From a virus (taxonomy: Duplodnaviria > Caudoviricetes), in the IMG/VR virus record IMGVR_UViG_3300020577_010882, positions 225 through 64,224 of that record: DNA of 64,000 nt. One strand, 5' to 3'. Every line of letters starts with the position of its first letter. Positions within the stretch are counted from its first letter, which is position 1. Shown here in pieces: positions 9,657-18,263 of this stretch. A program made the position numbers and the translations under genes. The notes below the pieces were generated by a model. That model had not been told where the DNA came from. It ran no database searches and worked only from the letters and a program-made list of their open reading frames with translations.

Positions 9657-9972
9657 GCGCGCGGTCGAGGAAGAAGAGCCTCACCTCCTCGACCGTCAGC
9701 GGAGCGGGAGGGAGCGTCATCGCTCCGGCGACGTGCGGGTCTCTGAGGCGCCACGCCTCGAAGATGTTGGCGGCGAGAATGCCGTCCATCATCTTCTTCT
9801 GCTCTTGCGACAAGAACGCCACGCGCGCGACGTGATTGTTGGCGCGCACGAACAGGGAGTCGCCGCTAATGCAATACTTGAGCGACGCCTCGTTGTCGTC
9901 GCGCATCTGGTTGATCCTGATGTCGTACTCCGCCGCGGTGAGCGCGGCCGACGATGCCCCGAAGTCCATCAC
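9643..9972 (-). CDS. hypothetical protein, convergent with the giant gene
   Basis: Protein-like ORF, 4-nt overlap with 9969..10235. Confidence 0.6.
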   Translation of the reverse strand: MMDFGASSAALTAAEYDIRINQMRDDNEASLKYCISGDSLFVRANNHVARVAFLSQEQKKMMDGILAANIFEAWRLRDPHVAGAMTLPPAPLTVEEVRLFFLDRALRAG

Positions 9973-10235
9973 CCACCTCCCATCGCTGCGTCCAGCAGAA
10001 TCAAGTCCACCTCCTCACGCTTCAGGGTTCTCCTGAGCGTCACCCACGATTCGTAGAGCAACTGCAACTGCGCCTCGGACAGGCTCTCGTGCCGCACGTG
10101 CGCGACCCTGAACATAGTGCCGCCCGGCTCCCACGGAGCCGCCGAGCGCGGCACGATGACCCACACCGTCCCGCCGGCAAGCCACGGCTTGTTGGCGCCA
10201 TTCATCGCGGTCGCTCGTTGTTTCCCGAGGTTCAC
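9969..10235 (-). CDS. hypothetical protein next to attP
   Basis: Protein-like ORF coupled to 9643..9972; start could be 10205. Confidence 0.55.
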   Translation of the reverse strand: MNLGKQRATAMNGANKPWLAGGTVWVIVPRSAAPWEPGGTMFRVAHVRHESLSEAQLQLLYESWVTLRRTLKREEVDLILLDAAMGGG

Positions 10236-10446
10236 AATTCCAAGTCTGTCCCTAGCGAACGACGATCACGATCTCGTGTAGGATTGTTAACTAGATCACT
10301 CTCAACTCGTTGATCTACTGAGCTTCGTCGCGAAATTCCAACTGCTTCGTAATCAGTAGGTCCGCGGTTCGAGTCCGCGCACCAGCACCAAATTCAACGA
10401 CTTAGGTCGTCGGAGATGGTTCACAAATCGAGGCGGCTCCACAATT
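10229..10446 (+). repeat. Candidate integrase arm-type sites flanking the core
   Basis: GGTTCACAATT 10229-10239, GGTTCACAAAT 10418-10428, TCCACAATT 10438-10446. Confidence 0.55.
10339..10390 (+). other. attP core: 3' half of tRNA-Thr(CGT), from the anticodon arm to CCA
   Basis: ACTGC-TTCGTAA-TCAGT-AGGT-CCGCG-GTTCGAGT-CCGCG-CACCAGC-A-CCA; the expected 5' GCTGGTG and D-arm are absent; integrase ~0.9 kb away; phage genes on both sides. Confidence 0.85.
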
Positions 10447-10998
10447 ATCGCTGTCTTCTACGCAATGCGGGTTGGGTATCCGTCCGATGCTTAACGCGTG
10501 CATCACGTACGAAGTCACGGCGCGCGATCTCGCGAACCACTCGCCGCTGACGCGATGATGTTCAAGTGCTCGGTGCGCGGATTGTTCGTCCATCATGGAG
10601 CCGCGCACCGCGCCGATCAGGATGATGGGCAGCGGAGATCCGATTTGTAGGCTGGAGATCCTCTTCTTCAGGTGTCGGCTAGAAGATGAGAATCCGATCT
10701 TGATGTTCCCCCGCTTCCCCGCCCTGACGAAGTAGACCAGCGGCCCGTCGATATTGACGGCCACCGCCTCGCTGTGCAGCACGGACGAGTGACGCGCAGG
10801 GTGCTTCTCGTCGAGTTCCCTCCACTTCATCCATACCGAACGCCTGTCGCTTTCGGGGCCGAGCGGGACCGTGAGAGATTCTCCAGTTGCAGCGCGTCGA
10901 GCGCGCTCGTGCGCTGACGTTGGCTGCCAATAGCACCTTCCGTTCTTCACGCGAACGCCGGGAGGCAGGTGGTGATTCTTCGTGCGAGGGCGTCCCAT
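10402..10998 (-). CDS. Integrase N-terminal (arm-binding-like) domain fused to a GIY-YIG T5orf172/MUG113-like nuclease domain
   Basis: N-terminus matches the integrase N-terminus at 32/47 residues; C-terminus VYFVRAG..KIGFS..RISSLQ..EQSAHRAL..RVSGEWF. Confidence 0.8.
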   Translation of the reverse strand: MGRPRTKNHHLPPGVRVKNGRCYWQPTSAHERARRAATGESLTVPLGPESDRRSVWMKWRELDEKHPARHSSVLHSEAVAVNIDGPLVYFVRAGKRGNIKIGFSSSSRHLKKRISSLQIGSPLPIILIGAVRGSMMDEQSAHRALEHHRVSGEWFARSRAVTSYVMHALSIGRIPNPHCVEDSDNCGAASICEPSPTT

Positions 10999-11000
10999 CG

Positions 11001-11276
11001 CTACCCCCAAATCCTCTCCGCCACCGACAGCAGCGTGTCGCTCGAATCGGCATCCACTCCGTAGTCGTCGTGCAGCTTGCGAAGATCCTCGGCGGTGCAC
11101 GCGAAGTCGTCGAGCGTGGACTCGTCGGTGATGAGCGCGCCGCCGATCCCGAACACGTCCTCCAGTAGGTCTTGCAGTCGCGCGTCGTACTTGTCGATCT
11201 TGTCCTGCGACGCGATGTACAGCGTGCTGCCGGCGAACGGACCGTCCTTCAGCTTTCCGATTTTCGTGTTGCTCAC
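11001..11276 (-). CDS. small acidic protein (91 aa)
   Basis: GTG overlaps the integrase stop (GTGA); about 19 D/E vs 9 K/R. Confidence 0.7.
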   Translation of the reverse strand: MSNTKIGKLKDGPFAGSTLYIASQDKIDKYDARLQDLLEDVFGIGGALITDESTLDDFACTAEDLRKLHDDYGVDADSSDTLLSVAERIWG

Positions 11277-12391
11277 TTCAGCGGCCTCATCTTCTCCTCG
11301 CGCCGCGCGTACACGCGCCGCGCCACGTCCGGGTCGTTGCCGAGGAACCCGGCCCCGTCCTCTCCAGCATCCACTGCATCGTCGTGCGCCTTCGAGCGCA
11401 GATCGTGGAAGTGCAGATCCTCGATCACGAGCGCGATCTCCTCGCGCGCGAGCAGCGCGTTCGTCTCGCGCTTCAGCTTCGCCCACCGCTTCTCGAACGC
11501 GTCGAGCGTGATCGCCTCTCCACGACGCGTTGGGAAAACGTACGCCGCCCGGTCGAGGCGCTCGACGTTCGCGCCGGGCAGGGCAGCCGCCTCGGCCACG
11601 ATCCGCCGCAGGCCCGGCGTCCACTCCCACACCTGCCGCCGGCCGCGCTTCGCCTGCCGCAGGTGCACGCCGTCCGCTTGCATGGCGCTCCGCTGGAGCA
11701 GGCGCATGTCCGACACCCGCCACCCGCAGATCCCCTCGAAGTCCATCATCAGGCCCATCAGGGCGTCGCCGGCTGCGTCCGCCACGGCGCGCAGGCACTC
11801 GACCTCCCACGGCAGCGGGGCGCGCGTGCGCGGCTCCTCCGCGTTCCGGGCGACCCCGAGGCAGGGGTTGTACGTGGTGAGGCCCCGGCGGATGGCGTGC
11901 GCGAACGCCGCCGACATCACCGACAGGTGGCGGTTCGCCGCCACCGGGCTGTCGGCCTCGGCCACGAAGCGCTGGAGATCGACGACCCCGAGCGCCTGCC
12001 CGCGGCTCGCCTCGAACTCCGTCTTCCCGTAGCGGCAACTCCCGAACCGCTTGCGGAGAACGGTGATCGAGCGCTCGTACTCGGCGACGGTCTTCGCCGC
12101 GCGCGGTCGGCCGTTGGGCTTCTTCGCGAGGCCGTGCGTCTCGAACTCGGCGAGGATCTCCTCAACCGTTCCGGGAGAGGAGGGCGCGGGGTCGGCGTAG
12201 CCGGCGACCTCGGCCCATCGCTTCCTTGCCTCGGTGCCGGCGGGGCCGAGCGGCACGGTGCACGCCAAGCCCTTCGCGCGCCGCTCGGCGCGCTCGCGCG
12301 CGGACGTGGGCTGCCAGTACCAGCGGCCGTCCTTCTCGCGGACGCCGGGCGGCAGGTGCATCCCGGTCTTGCGCTTCCTCCCCACGGGCAT
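11273..12391 (-). CDS. int: tyrosine integrase
   Basis: GWRVSDM (R), FHDLRSK (HxxR), LGN..RRVY (Y); adjacent to attP. Confidence 0.93.
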   Translation of the reverse strand: MPVGRKRKTGMHLPPGVREKDGRWYWQPTSARERAERRAKGLACTVPLGPAGTEARKRWAEVAGYADPAPSSPGTVEEILAEFETHGLAKKPNGRPRAAKTVAEYERSITVLRKRFGSCRYGKTEFEASRGQALGVVDLQRFVAEADSPVAANRHLSVMSAAFAHAIRRGLTTYNPCLGVARNAEEPRTRAPLPWEVECLRAVADAAGDALMGLMMDFEGICGWRVSDMRLLQRSAMQADGVHLRQAKRGRRQVWEWTPGLRRIVAEAAALPGANVERLDRAAYVFPTRRGEAITLDAFEKRWAKLKRETNALLAREEIALVIEDLHFHDLRSKAHDDAVDAGEDGAGFLGNDPDVARRVYARREEKMRPLK

Positions 12392-12394
12392 AGC

Positions 12395-12577
12395 TTACCC
12401 CTTCTCCACGTCGTGCACCCCCGAGTTCCACCCGGTGACGAAGGCCACGCGCGCGTACGCCACGACGCGCCTCCAGTCACGGTGGGAGAAGCTCTCCGGC
12501 ATGCGCGGCGGGTTCGCCTTCACGAACAGCGTGAAGGCTTTGGCTCGACGCCGTTGCTCGGCGCGCGTGTGTTTCAC
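12395..12577 (-). CDS. hypothetical protein
   Basis: GTGA-coupled basic 60-aa ORF upstream of int. Confidence 0.5.
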   Translation of the reverse strand: MKHTRAEQRRRAKAFTLFVKANPPRMPESFSHRDWRRVVAYARVAFVTGWNSGVHDVEKG

Positions 12578-12936
12578 GCCAGCACCTTCGCGTCCAGATC
12601 CTCGCGCCTGCGGTCGAGTTCCTCGTCCATGCCATCGGGGTCGTACGCGTCGAACGAGTCGTCGCGCTCCTCGTACACGATGTGCTGGAACTGGCGGTAG
12701 CGCACGGCGAGCACCGCGGCCTCGGGGGCGACGACGGCAACCTCCTTCGGATCTCGCTCGTCCTTCACGTACTTGTTCGCCTCGTAGCAGATCGCGCTCG
12801 CGTCGGCATACGTGTACCTGCCGGCCTCGTGCACGAGCGGCGTGTAGCCGCACCGCGCCGGCCTCCAGAACGCGTTGTGCTCGCGGCTGTAGATCAGCCA
12901 GATCGCCGGGTCAGGTACGTACTTGGGGATTTCCAT
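12574..12936 (-). CDS. conserved phage hypothetical protein
   Basis: WLIYSREHNAFWRP..CGYT...EAGRY motif. Confidence 0.7.
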   Translation of the reverse strand: MEIPKYVPDPAIWLIYSREHNAFWRPARCGYTPLVHEAGRYTYADASAICYEANKYVKDERDPKEVAVVAPEAAVLAVRYRQFQHIVYEERDDSFDAYDPDGMDEELDRRREDLDAKVLA

Positions 12937-13045
12937 TGCCTTCCTCCTTGCGTCGGCAAAAGACGTTCATATCCTCGTCTGTTGCGTGGACGAATCGCTC
13001 GTTAGGAATCCACGGCATTGCGTCGGTTCTCGGCGTGTCGCTCAC
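12911..13045 (-). CDS. hypothetical protein (MSDTPRTDA N-terminus)
   Basis: GTGA coupling; common phage N-terminal motif. Confidence 0.45.
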   Translation of the reverse strand: MSDTPRTDAMPWIPNERFVHATDEDMNVFCRRKEEGNGNPQVRT

Positions 13046-13356
13046 GGCTTCCCCCTTCGTCGTATGGCAGCGGCGCACTCCTGCGCGGACACCTTGGAGA
13101 CTTCCCGTTTCTCGGAGTTCATCCACCAGCTAATCGGGCGGCTGAACGAATGGGATTCGCACACCTTCGCGCACTCCTCCCGTTCCAACTCCTGCTGGAG
13201 CGCGGAGATGCGGCGGGCGAATTCCTCTGGGGTTTCGCGCTTCGTTGGGAATCCCGTACCCTCTCTATAGGCGACTATCGGAACTTCTTGCGGCCCCGCC
13301 TCGATTTCCTTCAGCACTTCGGGGTGGATGTCAGCCACGGTAGTGCCTCGCGGCAT
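13042..13356 (-). CDS. hypothetical protein
   Basis: Protein-like ORF within the operon. Confidence 0.55.
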   Translation of the reverse strand: MPRGTTVADIHPEVLKEIEAGPQEVPIVAYREGTGFPTKRETPEEFARRISALQQELEREECAKVCESHSFSRPISWWMNSEKREVSKVSAQECAAAIRRRGKP

Positions 13357-13507
13357 CTGTCAGCGCGGATTGCGCGTTGCTGATGGCCTTGTCGAAATCG
13401 CGGCGGCTCCAAAGCTGGTTGTTCTCCACATCGTTCGCCAGCTTCTCCGCTTGCGCGGCAGCAAGGCGAAGCGTGATTACGACTAGCCTCGTGTTGGAAT
13501 CAGCCAT
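13331..13507 (-). CDS. hypothetical protein
   Basis: MADSNTRLVV... helical ORF with SD-like GAAG upstream. Confidence 0.5.
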   Translation of the reverse strand: MADSNTRLVVITLRLAAAQAEKLANDVENNQLWSRRDFDKAISNAQSALTDAARHYRG

Positions 13508-13512
13508 TTTCT

Positions 13513-13881
13513 TCAGCGGTGTGCATGCGTGTCCCCCTTCGATTTGTCCGCAATCACCTTCCGTCTCCACGCCCCGAACAGCAGGCCCGGCGCCTCGTGC
13601 GCGTAATGCCGCGCCGTCTCGATGGCGTCGTCGTGCAGGCTGCCGTGCATCAGGCAGAAGCACGGCACGTGCGCCTTCACGTACTCGCGAAGATCGAGGC
13701 AGCGCGAGCACGTCCGCACCGTCTGCTTGTCGCCGTCCCACGAGGCGAACACGCGCTCGTACTTCTCGCCGGGCTTGATGTGCCCGTTGCACTCGTAGCA
13801 ACGGTACGCCTTGCGCGCGACGGGCGTGGTCACGAAGTAGAACTCGGCCGGGTCGAAGTCGCAGAAGCAGGCGTCAGACAC
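13513..13881 (-). CDS. zinc-binding phage protein
   Basis: CxC, CxxC, CxxC and CxC motifs; ARKAYRCYEC..IKPGEKYER. Confidence 0.75.
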   Translation of the reverse strand: MSDACFCDFDPAEFYFVTTPVARKAYRCYECNGHIKPGEKYERVFASWDGDKQTVRTCSRCLDLREYVKAHVPCFCLMHGSLHDDAIETARHYAHEAPGLLFGAWRRKVIADKSKGDTHAHR

Positions 13882-14038
13882 GACGCACGTCCTTCTTCGG
13901 GAACGGCCACGCGGCCGAGGGATTGAGGGCAGACTTGTCGGGCTTGGGGTAGCACCGGAATCCGGTTAGCTCGATGTCTTCACCGCATCGAACGCAGTGC
14001 GTGCCCTCGTCGTTCACCTCGTGATTTACCGCTTTCAC
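13874..14038 (-). CDS. small Cys-containing protein
   Basis: HCVRCG; GTGA coupling. Confidence 0.45.
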   Translation of the reverse strand: MKAVNHEVNDEGTHCVRCGEDIELTGFRCYPKPDKSALNPSAAWPFPKKDVRRV

Positions 14039-14313
14039 TCCAGCGCGTTCGCCAGCCTCTTCGACTTCGCGATCTCGATCAGCCATTGACCAATCTCCTC
14101 CAGTTGCTTGTCGCTCACGTGCATGCTCACCTCCTGCGGCGGCACCAGCCCGCCGGAGTCCATCTCGTACGCCGGGGTGGTGACGTGCAGGTATCCGTCC
14201 GCGGGTTGAACGCCTCGTTGCGTGACCGGCCTCGCCCTGTACTTCAGGATCGTGTGAGCCATCACGAACACGGCAGTGCCTTCGGGGATGTGCGAGCGCA
14301 TCGCTACCTGCAC
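14035..14313 (-). CDS. hypothetical protein
   Basis: Protein-like ORF in operon. Confidence 0.55.
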   Translation of the reverse strand: MQVAMRSHIPEGTAVFVMAHTILKYRARPVTQRGVQPADGYLHVTTPAYEMDSGGLVPPQEVSMHVSDKQLEEIGQWLIEIAKSKRLANALE

Positions 14314-14474
14314 ACCACGATGCCGCTCTGCGCCGCGTACACCAGCCCGAGCACGACAGAGAACCCAATGCCTGACAGGAAGCAGACCGCGCAGGTGATG
14401 GCCGTGCCGCCCGCGCTCGGCAGCGCGTCGCTACTCACCACGACGTGATCTCCGCCCTTCGCCGGCCGGTTCAT
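14304..14474 (-). CDS. small membrane protein
   Basis: C-terminal hydrophobic segment; ATGA coupling. Confidence 0.5.
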   Translation of the reverse strand: MNRPAKGGDHVVVSSDALPSAGGTAITCAVCFLSGIGFSVVLGLVYAAQSGIVVCR

Positions 14475-15013
14475 GCCGCGACTCTTATCGGCTTGGGCTG
14501 CACGTCGTACCCGATGTAGAGCGGATGCCCCGGATGACCCCCCTTCGTGATGCGCAGCGCGTGCGGCACGATGCCGTTGAAGCGCAACATCGAAAGCACG
14601 GTCATGCCGCGCCTCATGTGCTTGCCGTGCGCGCCCCATCCGCAGATGACGATGTCCGCATTCCCCGCCACCTCCAAGATCGCCTCGTCGTTCTTCTCGC
14701 CGATGGGAGACTGCTCCACTTCGTACAGCCGATTGGGGTCAGTGGAGCGTAGGGCGAAGATGTTCGTCACGAACAGGCCGTCGTAGCCCATCGCCCGCGC
14801 GCGGCGCTCGCAGCGCTCGACCGTGGGGTCGTTCTGCTTCTCGTCCGCCGTGCTCGGGTTGAGCATGAGGAAGTTGGCGTACCGGCGCGGCTTCGCTTGC
14901 ACCTCTCCTAGGTACGCACCCCACGAACGCCACAGGCTGTACCTGTACCGCTCGCAGTCGGAGAACGCGGCTCCGAGGTGCATGCCCGGCAGGATGGTGG
15001 TTCGGGTCTTCAT
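14471..15013 (-). CDS. DUF1643 family protein
   Basis: RYRYSLWR..MLNPSTAD...DPT...NIFALRSTDP...WG...HPLY. Confidence 0.9.
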   Translation of the reverse strand: MKTRTTILPGMHLGAAFSDCERYRYSLWRSWGAYLGEVQAKPRRYANFLMLNPSTADEKQNDPTVERCERRARAMGYDGLFVTNIFALRSTDPNRLYEVEQSPIGEKNDEAILEVAGNADIVICGWGAHGKHMRRGMTVLSMLRFNGIVPHALRITKGGHPGHPLYIGYDVQPKPIRVAA

Positions 15014-15240
15014 CGCGCCACCCCGATGTGCTCGGCGTTCGCCACCCACTTGTCCCGCTGCTCCTTCGTGCGCTGGCGGATCTCGTCCACCACGTGCACG
15101 ACGCCGTACGAGTCGAGCGTCAACTCGACGCGCGTGAACTTGCCGCCAACCTTCTCCTCGAAGAGGAGTACGATCTCGCCGTCGCCCTTCGTCTTGGAGC
15201 CGAGGCAGTAGCTCTTCAGCCGGATCACGCGATCAGCCAT
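15010..15240 (-). CDS. hypothetical protein
   Basis: ATGA-coupled ORF. Confidence 0.65.
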   Translation of the reverse strand: MADRVIRLKSYCLGSKTKGDGEIVLLFEEKVGGKFTRVELTLDSYGVVHVVDEIRQRTKEQRDKWVANAEHIGVAR

Positions 15241-15796
15241 CTTTCCTCCCCGTTCGTAGCTCGAATTCGTTGGTCGTGATCTCCCCCGCCTGAAGGCTGC
15301 GCAGCACGTTCGAGCCGTACGTCACGCCCTCGTTGTATGCGTGCCTGAGTGCGATGGCGGTGTGGTTCAGCACCTCGACGAACGCCTGCGCGAACTCGGG
15401 CCGCATCACGCGGCACTCGCTCGAAAGTCCGTGCGTGTTTTCTCGATAGGCGGCCAGTTGGTCGGCCTTCTTGTTCCACATCGACGCGGACTCGGCGCTG
15501 TCGTCCGGCTCGCTGCCGGCGATCATCAGTGCGTACAGCCTCGGCAGAAGCTCTCCATCCGCGATCTGCCCGATGGGTTGGTGCGGCTGGTGCGGCAGCC
15601 ACTTCAGGTCGTAGTGGCGACCCGGAACGCGGTATGCCTTGACCGTGCCGCGCTTGCTCAACTCCTCGCGCGCACGCTTGGCGTGCTCCAGCACGAGGCG
15701 GCACTCGTCGCACACGCCATTCGCAGGGCGATAGTTGAACCTGCAATCGGCGCCGCACCCCGGGCAGGGCTTCTTCGTCATCCCCTCTTTCATCAT
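15233..15796 (-). CDS. Zn-finger hypothetical protein
   Basis: CPGC...CDEC near the N-terminus. Confidence 0.65.
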   Translation of the reverse strand: MMKEGMTKKPCPGCGADCRFNYRPANGVCDECRLVLEHAKRAREELSKRGTVKAYRVPGRHYDLKWLPHQPHQPIGQIADGELLPRLYALMIAGSEPDDSAESASMWNKKADQLAAYRENTHGLSSECRVMRPEFAQAFVEVLNHTAIALRHAYNEGVTYGSNVLRSLQAGEITTNEFELRTGRKDG

Positions 15797-15978
15797 CGCT
15801 CCAGTACGTCGTGCGCCAGTTCCTTCACCCGCTCCACCACGCGCGCCTGCTGCTCGTGCTGCTCGCGCGGGATCTCGACCGTCGTCCAGCGGTGCTTGCA
15901 GGATCCGCACTCGCGTCGGCGAACGCCGTCGTCCGTGCGCAGCACCCTCGACTCACGGTTGCAGAGAGGGCAGTTCAC
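15793..15978 (-). CDS. NrdR-like Zn-ribbon protein
   Basis: MNCPLC..SRVLRT...RRRECGSCKHRWTTVE. Confidence 0.8.
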   Translation of the reverse strand: MNCPLCNRESRVLRTDDGVRRRECGSCKHRWTTVEIPREQHEQQARVVERVKELAHDVLER

Positions 15979-16172
15979 TTCGTCAACTCCTTGATGCGCC
16001 GCTGCACACGCATCTCGAAGATCAGGTTGCGCGCTTGGAAGCAGCGCGCCTCGATCTCGTGCAGGGCGGCGAGCGCGGCGTCGATGTCAGGGTTGTTGAC
16101 CGGAGCCATCGCCTGCACGTACTTGTCGTACAGGCGCGGGATGCCGGTCGTGTGGAAGGACGGGTCGTCCAT
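15975..16172 (-). CDS. hypothetical protein
   Basis: Coupled ORF, helical. Confidence 0.55.
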   Translation of the reverse strand: MDDPSFHTTGIPRLYDKYVQAMAPVNNPDIDAALAALHEIEARCFQARNLIFEMRVQRRIKELTK

Positions 16173-16432
16173 CACACGCCCCCGGGGATGTTGTCGAACC
16201 CGACCTCGTTCGCGACGGTGTAGTACACGTCGCGCTCGCCCTCGACGGGCTTCACGCTTCTTTCGCACAGCGCCTTGAAGTCTTCGGCCGCCGAGCGCGC
16301 GGTGAAGGTCTTCGAGACGCGCTTGTTCTTCGCGCGCGCCTTCTTCTCGTCGCCCTCGGTCCAGAACTTCAGCACGTAGAAGCCCGTCACCACAGGGGTC
16401 TGCACGGCCTTCGGTTCAGAATGTCCCATCAT
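16172..16432 (-). CDS. hypothetical protein
   Basis: GGAGG SD before the start. Confidence 0.65.
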   Translation of the reverse strand: MMGHSEPKAVQTPVVTGFYVLKFWTEGDEKKARAKNKRVSKTFTARSAAEDFKALCERSVKPVEGERDVYYTVANEVGFDNIPGGV

Positions 16433-16607
16433 TCCTCCATTCGTCGGTGGTCCGGGCTACATCGCATTCAGCGCCCCGGGAAACGCTGTTTGTGGATGGT
16501 GCGCAGGGTAGATGCCGTTTCACCCGCCGCCCTACGCACCGACAGGACACGTCAGATGCGACGACCTAGTGCTCCCATCGCCTATGTCCGGCGGGTATCT
16601 TTCGTTC

Positions 16608-17063
16608 TCAGAAGGGGATGTCGTCTTCCATGTCGTCGAACTCGCCCGAGGGCTTCTTCGCCGCAGTCGCCGGGCGCGACTCGCCGCGCGCCGGAGCGCT
16701 GCGCTCGGCGCGCTGCTCGCCATCGGGACGCGAGCCGAGCATCTTCATCTCGTCGGCGCGGATCTCGGTCGTGTAGCGGTCCTGCCCCGTCTCCTTGTCC
16801 TGCCACTTGCGGGTGACGAGCTTGCCCTCGACGTACACGGCGGAACCCTTCTTCAGGTACTCGCCCACGACCTCGGCCAGCCGGTTGAAGAAGACGATCC
16901 GGTGCCACTCGGTCTGCTCCTTCTTCTCGCCGGACTCCTTGTCCTTCCACGTCTCGGTGGTGGCGACGCGGATGTTGGCGACGGCGTTCCCGTTGGGCGC
17001 GTAGCGCACCTCCGGGTCGGCGCCGAGGTGGCCGATGATGATGACCTTGTTGACGGAGGCCAT
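16608..17063 (-). CDS. ssb: single-stranded DNA-binding protein
   Basis: [21 protein letters not shown]...TEWHRIV...C-terminal DDMEDDIPF. Confidence 0.97.
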   Translation of the reverse strand: MASVNKVIIIGHLGADPEVRYAPNGNAVANIRVATTETWKDKESGEKKEQTEWHRIVFFNRLAEVVGEYLKKGSAVYVEGKLVTRKWQDKETGQDRYTTEIRADEMKMLGSRPDGEQRAERSAPARGESRPATAAKKPSGEFDDMEDDIPF

Positions 17064-17302
17064 CAGCCCGACGCCTTCGCAGCCTCGTGCACCGCGATGC
17101 CGGCGAGCTTGATGAGGTCGTCGGCGCTCGCCACCTCGGCCTTGTGGATGGCGCTGGCGATCACGGCCACCGCGCCCGCCTTCGTCTTCGCCCTCACGTA
17201 CGCCACGTGCTCGGCGACGCTGCTGCCCGGCGTGGTGCCGGGGATGGTGGTCGTGACCTTGTAGATGTTCTCGCGCTTCGACTTGCCGCCTGCCTTTGCC
17301 AT
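17063..17302 (-). CDS. hypothetical protein
   Basis: AGGAG SD; coupled to ssb. Confidence 0.7.
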   Translation of the reverse strand: MAKAGGKSKRENIYKVTTTIPGTTPGSSVAEHVAYVRAKTKAGAVAVIASAIHKAEVASADDLIKLAGIAVHEAAKASG

Positions 17303-17329
17303 ACTCTTCTCCTTCGGTTGTAGGGACTG

Positions 17330-18229
17330 CTACCGGATGACCGGGAACTTCTCGCCCTCGACGATGCGCAGGGTCTTCGTCACCTCTGCGCCGCGCCGCT
17401 GGTTCCACGCCTTGATGGTGAGCGCGAGGATTGCCCACTTGGTGAGCTTCGCCTTGTCGCCCTTCGACGCGATGAGCTTTTCGCGCAGCATGTACACCGG
17501 GTCGGACTTCATCAGCCCGACGCCCTCGCCGAGATCCGTGAAGAAGCGGTCGGCGTCGGCGCGCGACTTGTCGCGGAAGAGGAAGTAGAGCGCCGCGATG
17601 TTCGACGCGCTGGTGAGGCGCGTAGCCTTCGACCCGGAGGCGAAGCGCACAGCGGCGTTCAGTTCCTCCTTCACCGTCTCGCCGAAGTTGACGATCTCCT
17701 CGCGGGTGTACGCGCTGGTGATGGGACGGCGCTTCATCTTGTCGGCGAGCGCCGTGTCCACCATCATGCGACGGCCCGTGAGTCCGCCGAGCGCGATGCG
17801 GTGATCGCGGTACGCCATGATGAGCATTGCCGCGCCGCTCGCCGTCTTGTTGTTCTGCCAGCCGGCGATGGCGAACACGTCGGATGTGGTGCGGCCCTTG
17901 CCGGTGTCCACGGTGGCGAACGCGTTCGGGTCGTCGATGCCGCGCACCACGTACGTCACCATCGTCTTCTCGGCGAGGATGACGGCGAGGCAACGGTGCT
18001 GGCCGTCGAAGAGGCGGCCCTGATCGTCGAACTTGATCGACTCGCCGTTGAGCGCCCACCGCCCCTGATCGAGCGCGATGGCGTACTCCCACTGCTTCTG
18101 CTCCGAGACGGGGCGGTTTCCGACCATCGTCGAGAGGTACTTCTCGGCGAGTTGCGGAGTGATGTGCTCGACCTTCGCGGCCGGGTGCGGGTTCGTGCCC
18201 GGCACGGACTTCAGCGTTGCGGTGTTCAT
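17330..18229 (-). CDS. ParB-like/DGQHR-domain protein
   Basis: [10 protein letters not shown]...NRPVS...W.LNGESI...[11 protein letters not shown]. Confidence 0.8.
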   Translation of the reverse strand: MNTATLKSVPGTNPHPAAKVEHITPQLAEKYLSTMVGNRPVSEQKQWEYAIALDQGRWALNGESIKFDDQGRLFDGQHRCLAVILAEKTMVTYVVRGIDDPNAFATVDTGKGRTTSDVFAIAGWQNNKTASGAAMLIMAYRDHRIALGGLTGRRMMVDTALADKMKRRPITSAYTREEIVNFGETVKEELNAAVRFASGSKATRLTSASNIAALYFLFRDKSRADADRFFTDLGEGVGLMKSDPVYMLREKLIASKGDKAKLTKWAILALTIKAWNQRRGAEVTKTLRIVEGEKFPVIR

Positions 18230-18263
18230 GTGGCTTCCCTTTTTCTCCACGGGTTGTTGAGGA

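Noticed and set aside
10315-10390. Complete tRNA-Thr gene
   Set aside because: 5' acceptor strand and D-arm are absent; interpreted as attP
16500-16560. Hammerhead ribozyme (CTGACG ... GAAAC on the - strand)
   Set aside because: Core reads CUGACGU rather than CUGANGA, and stem II does not abut GAAA
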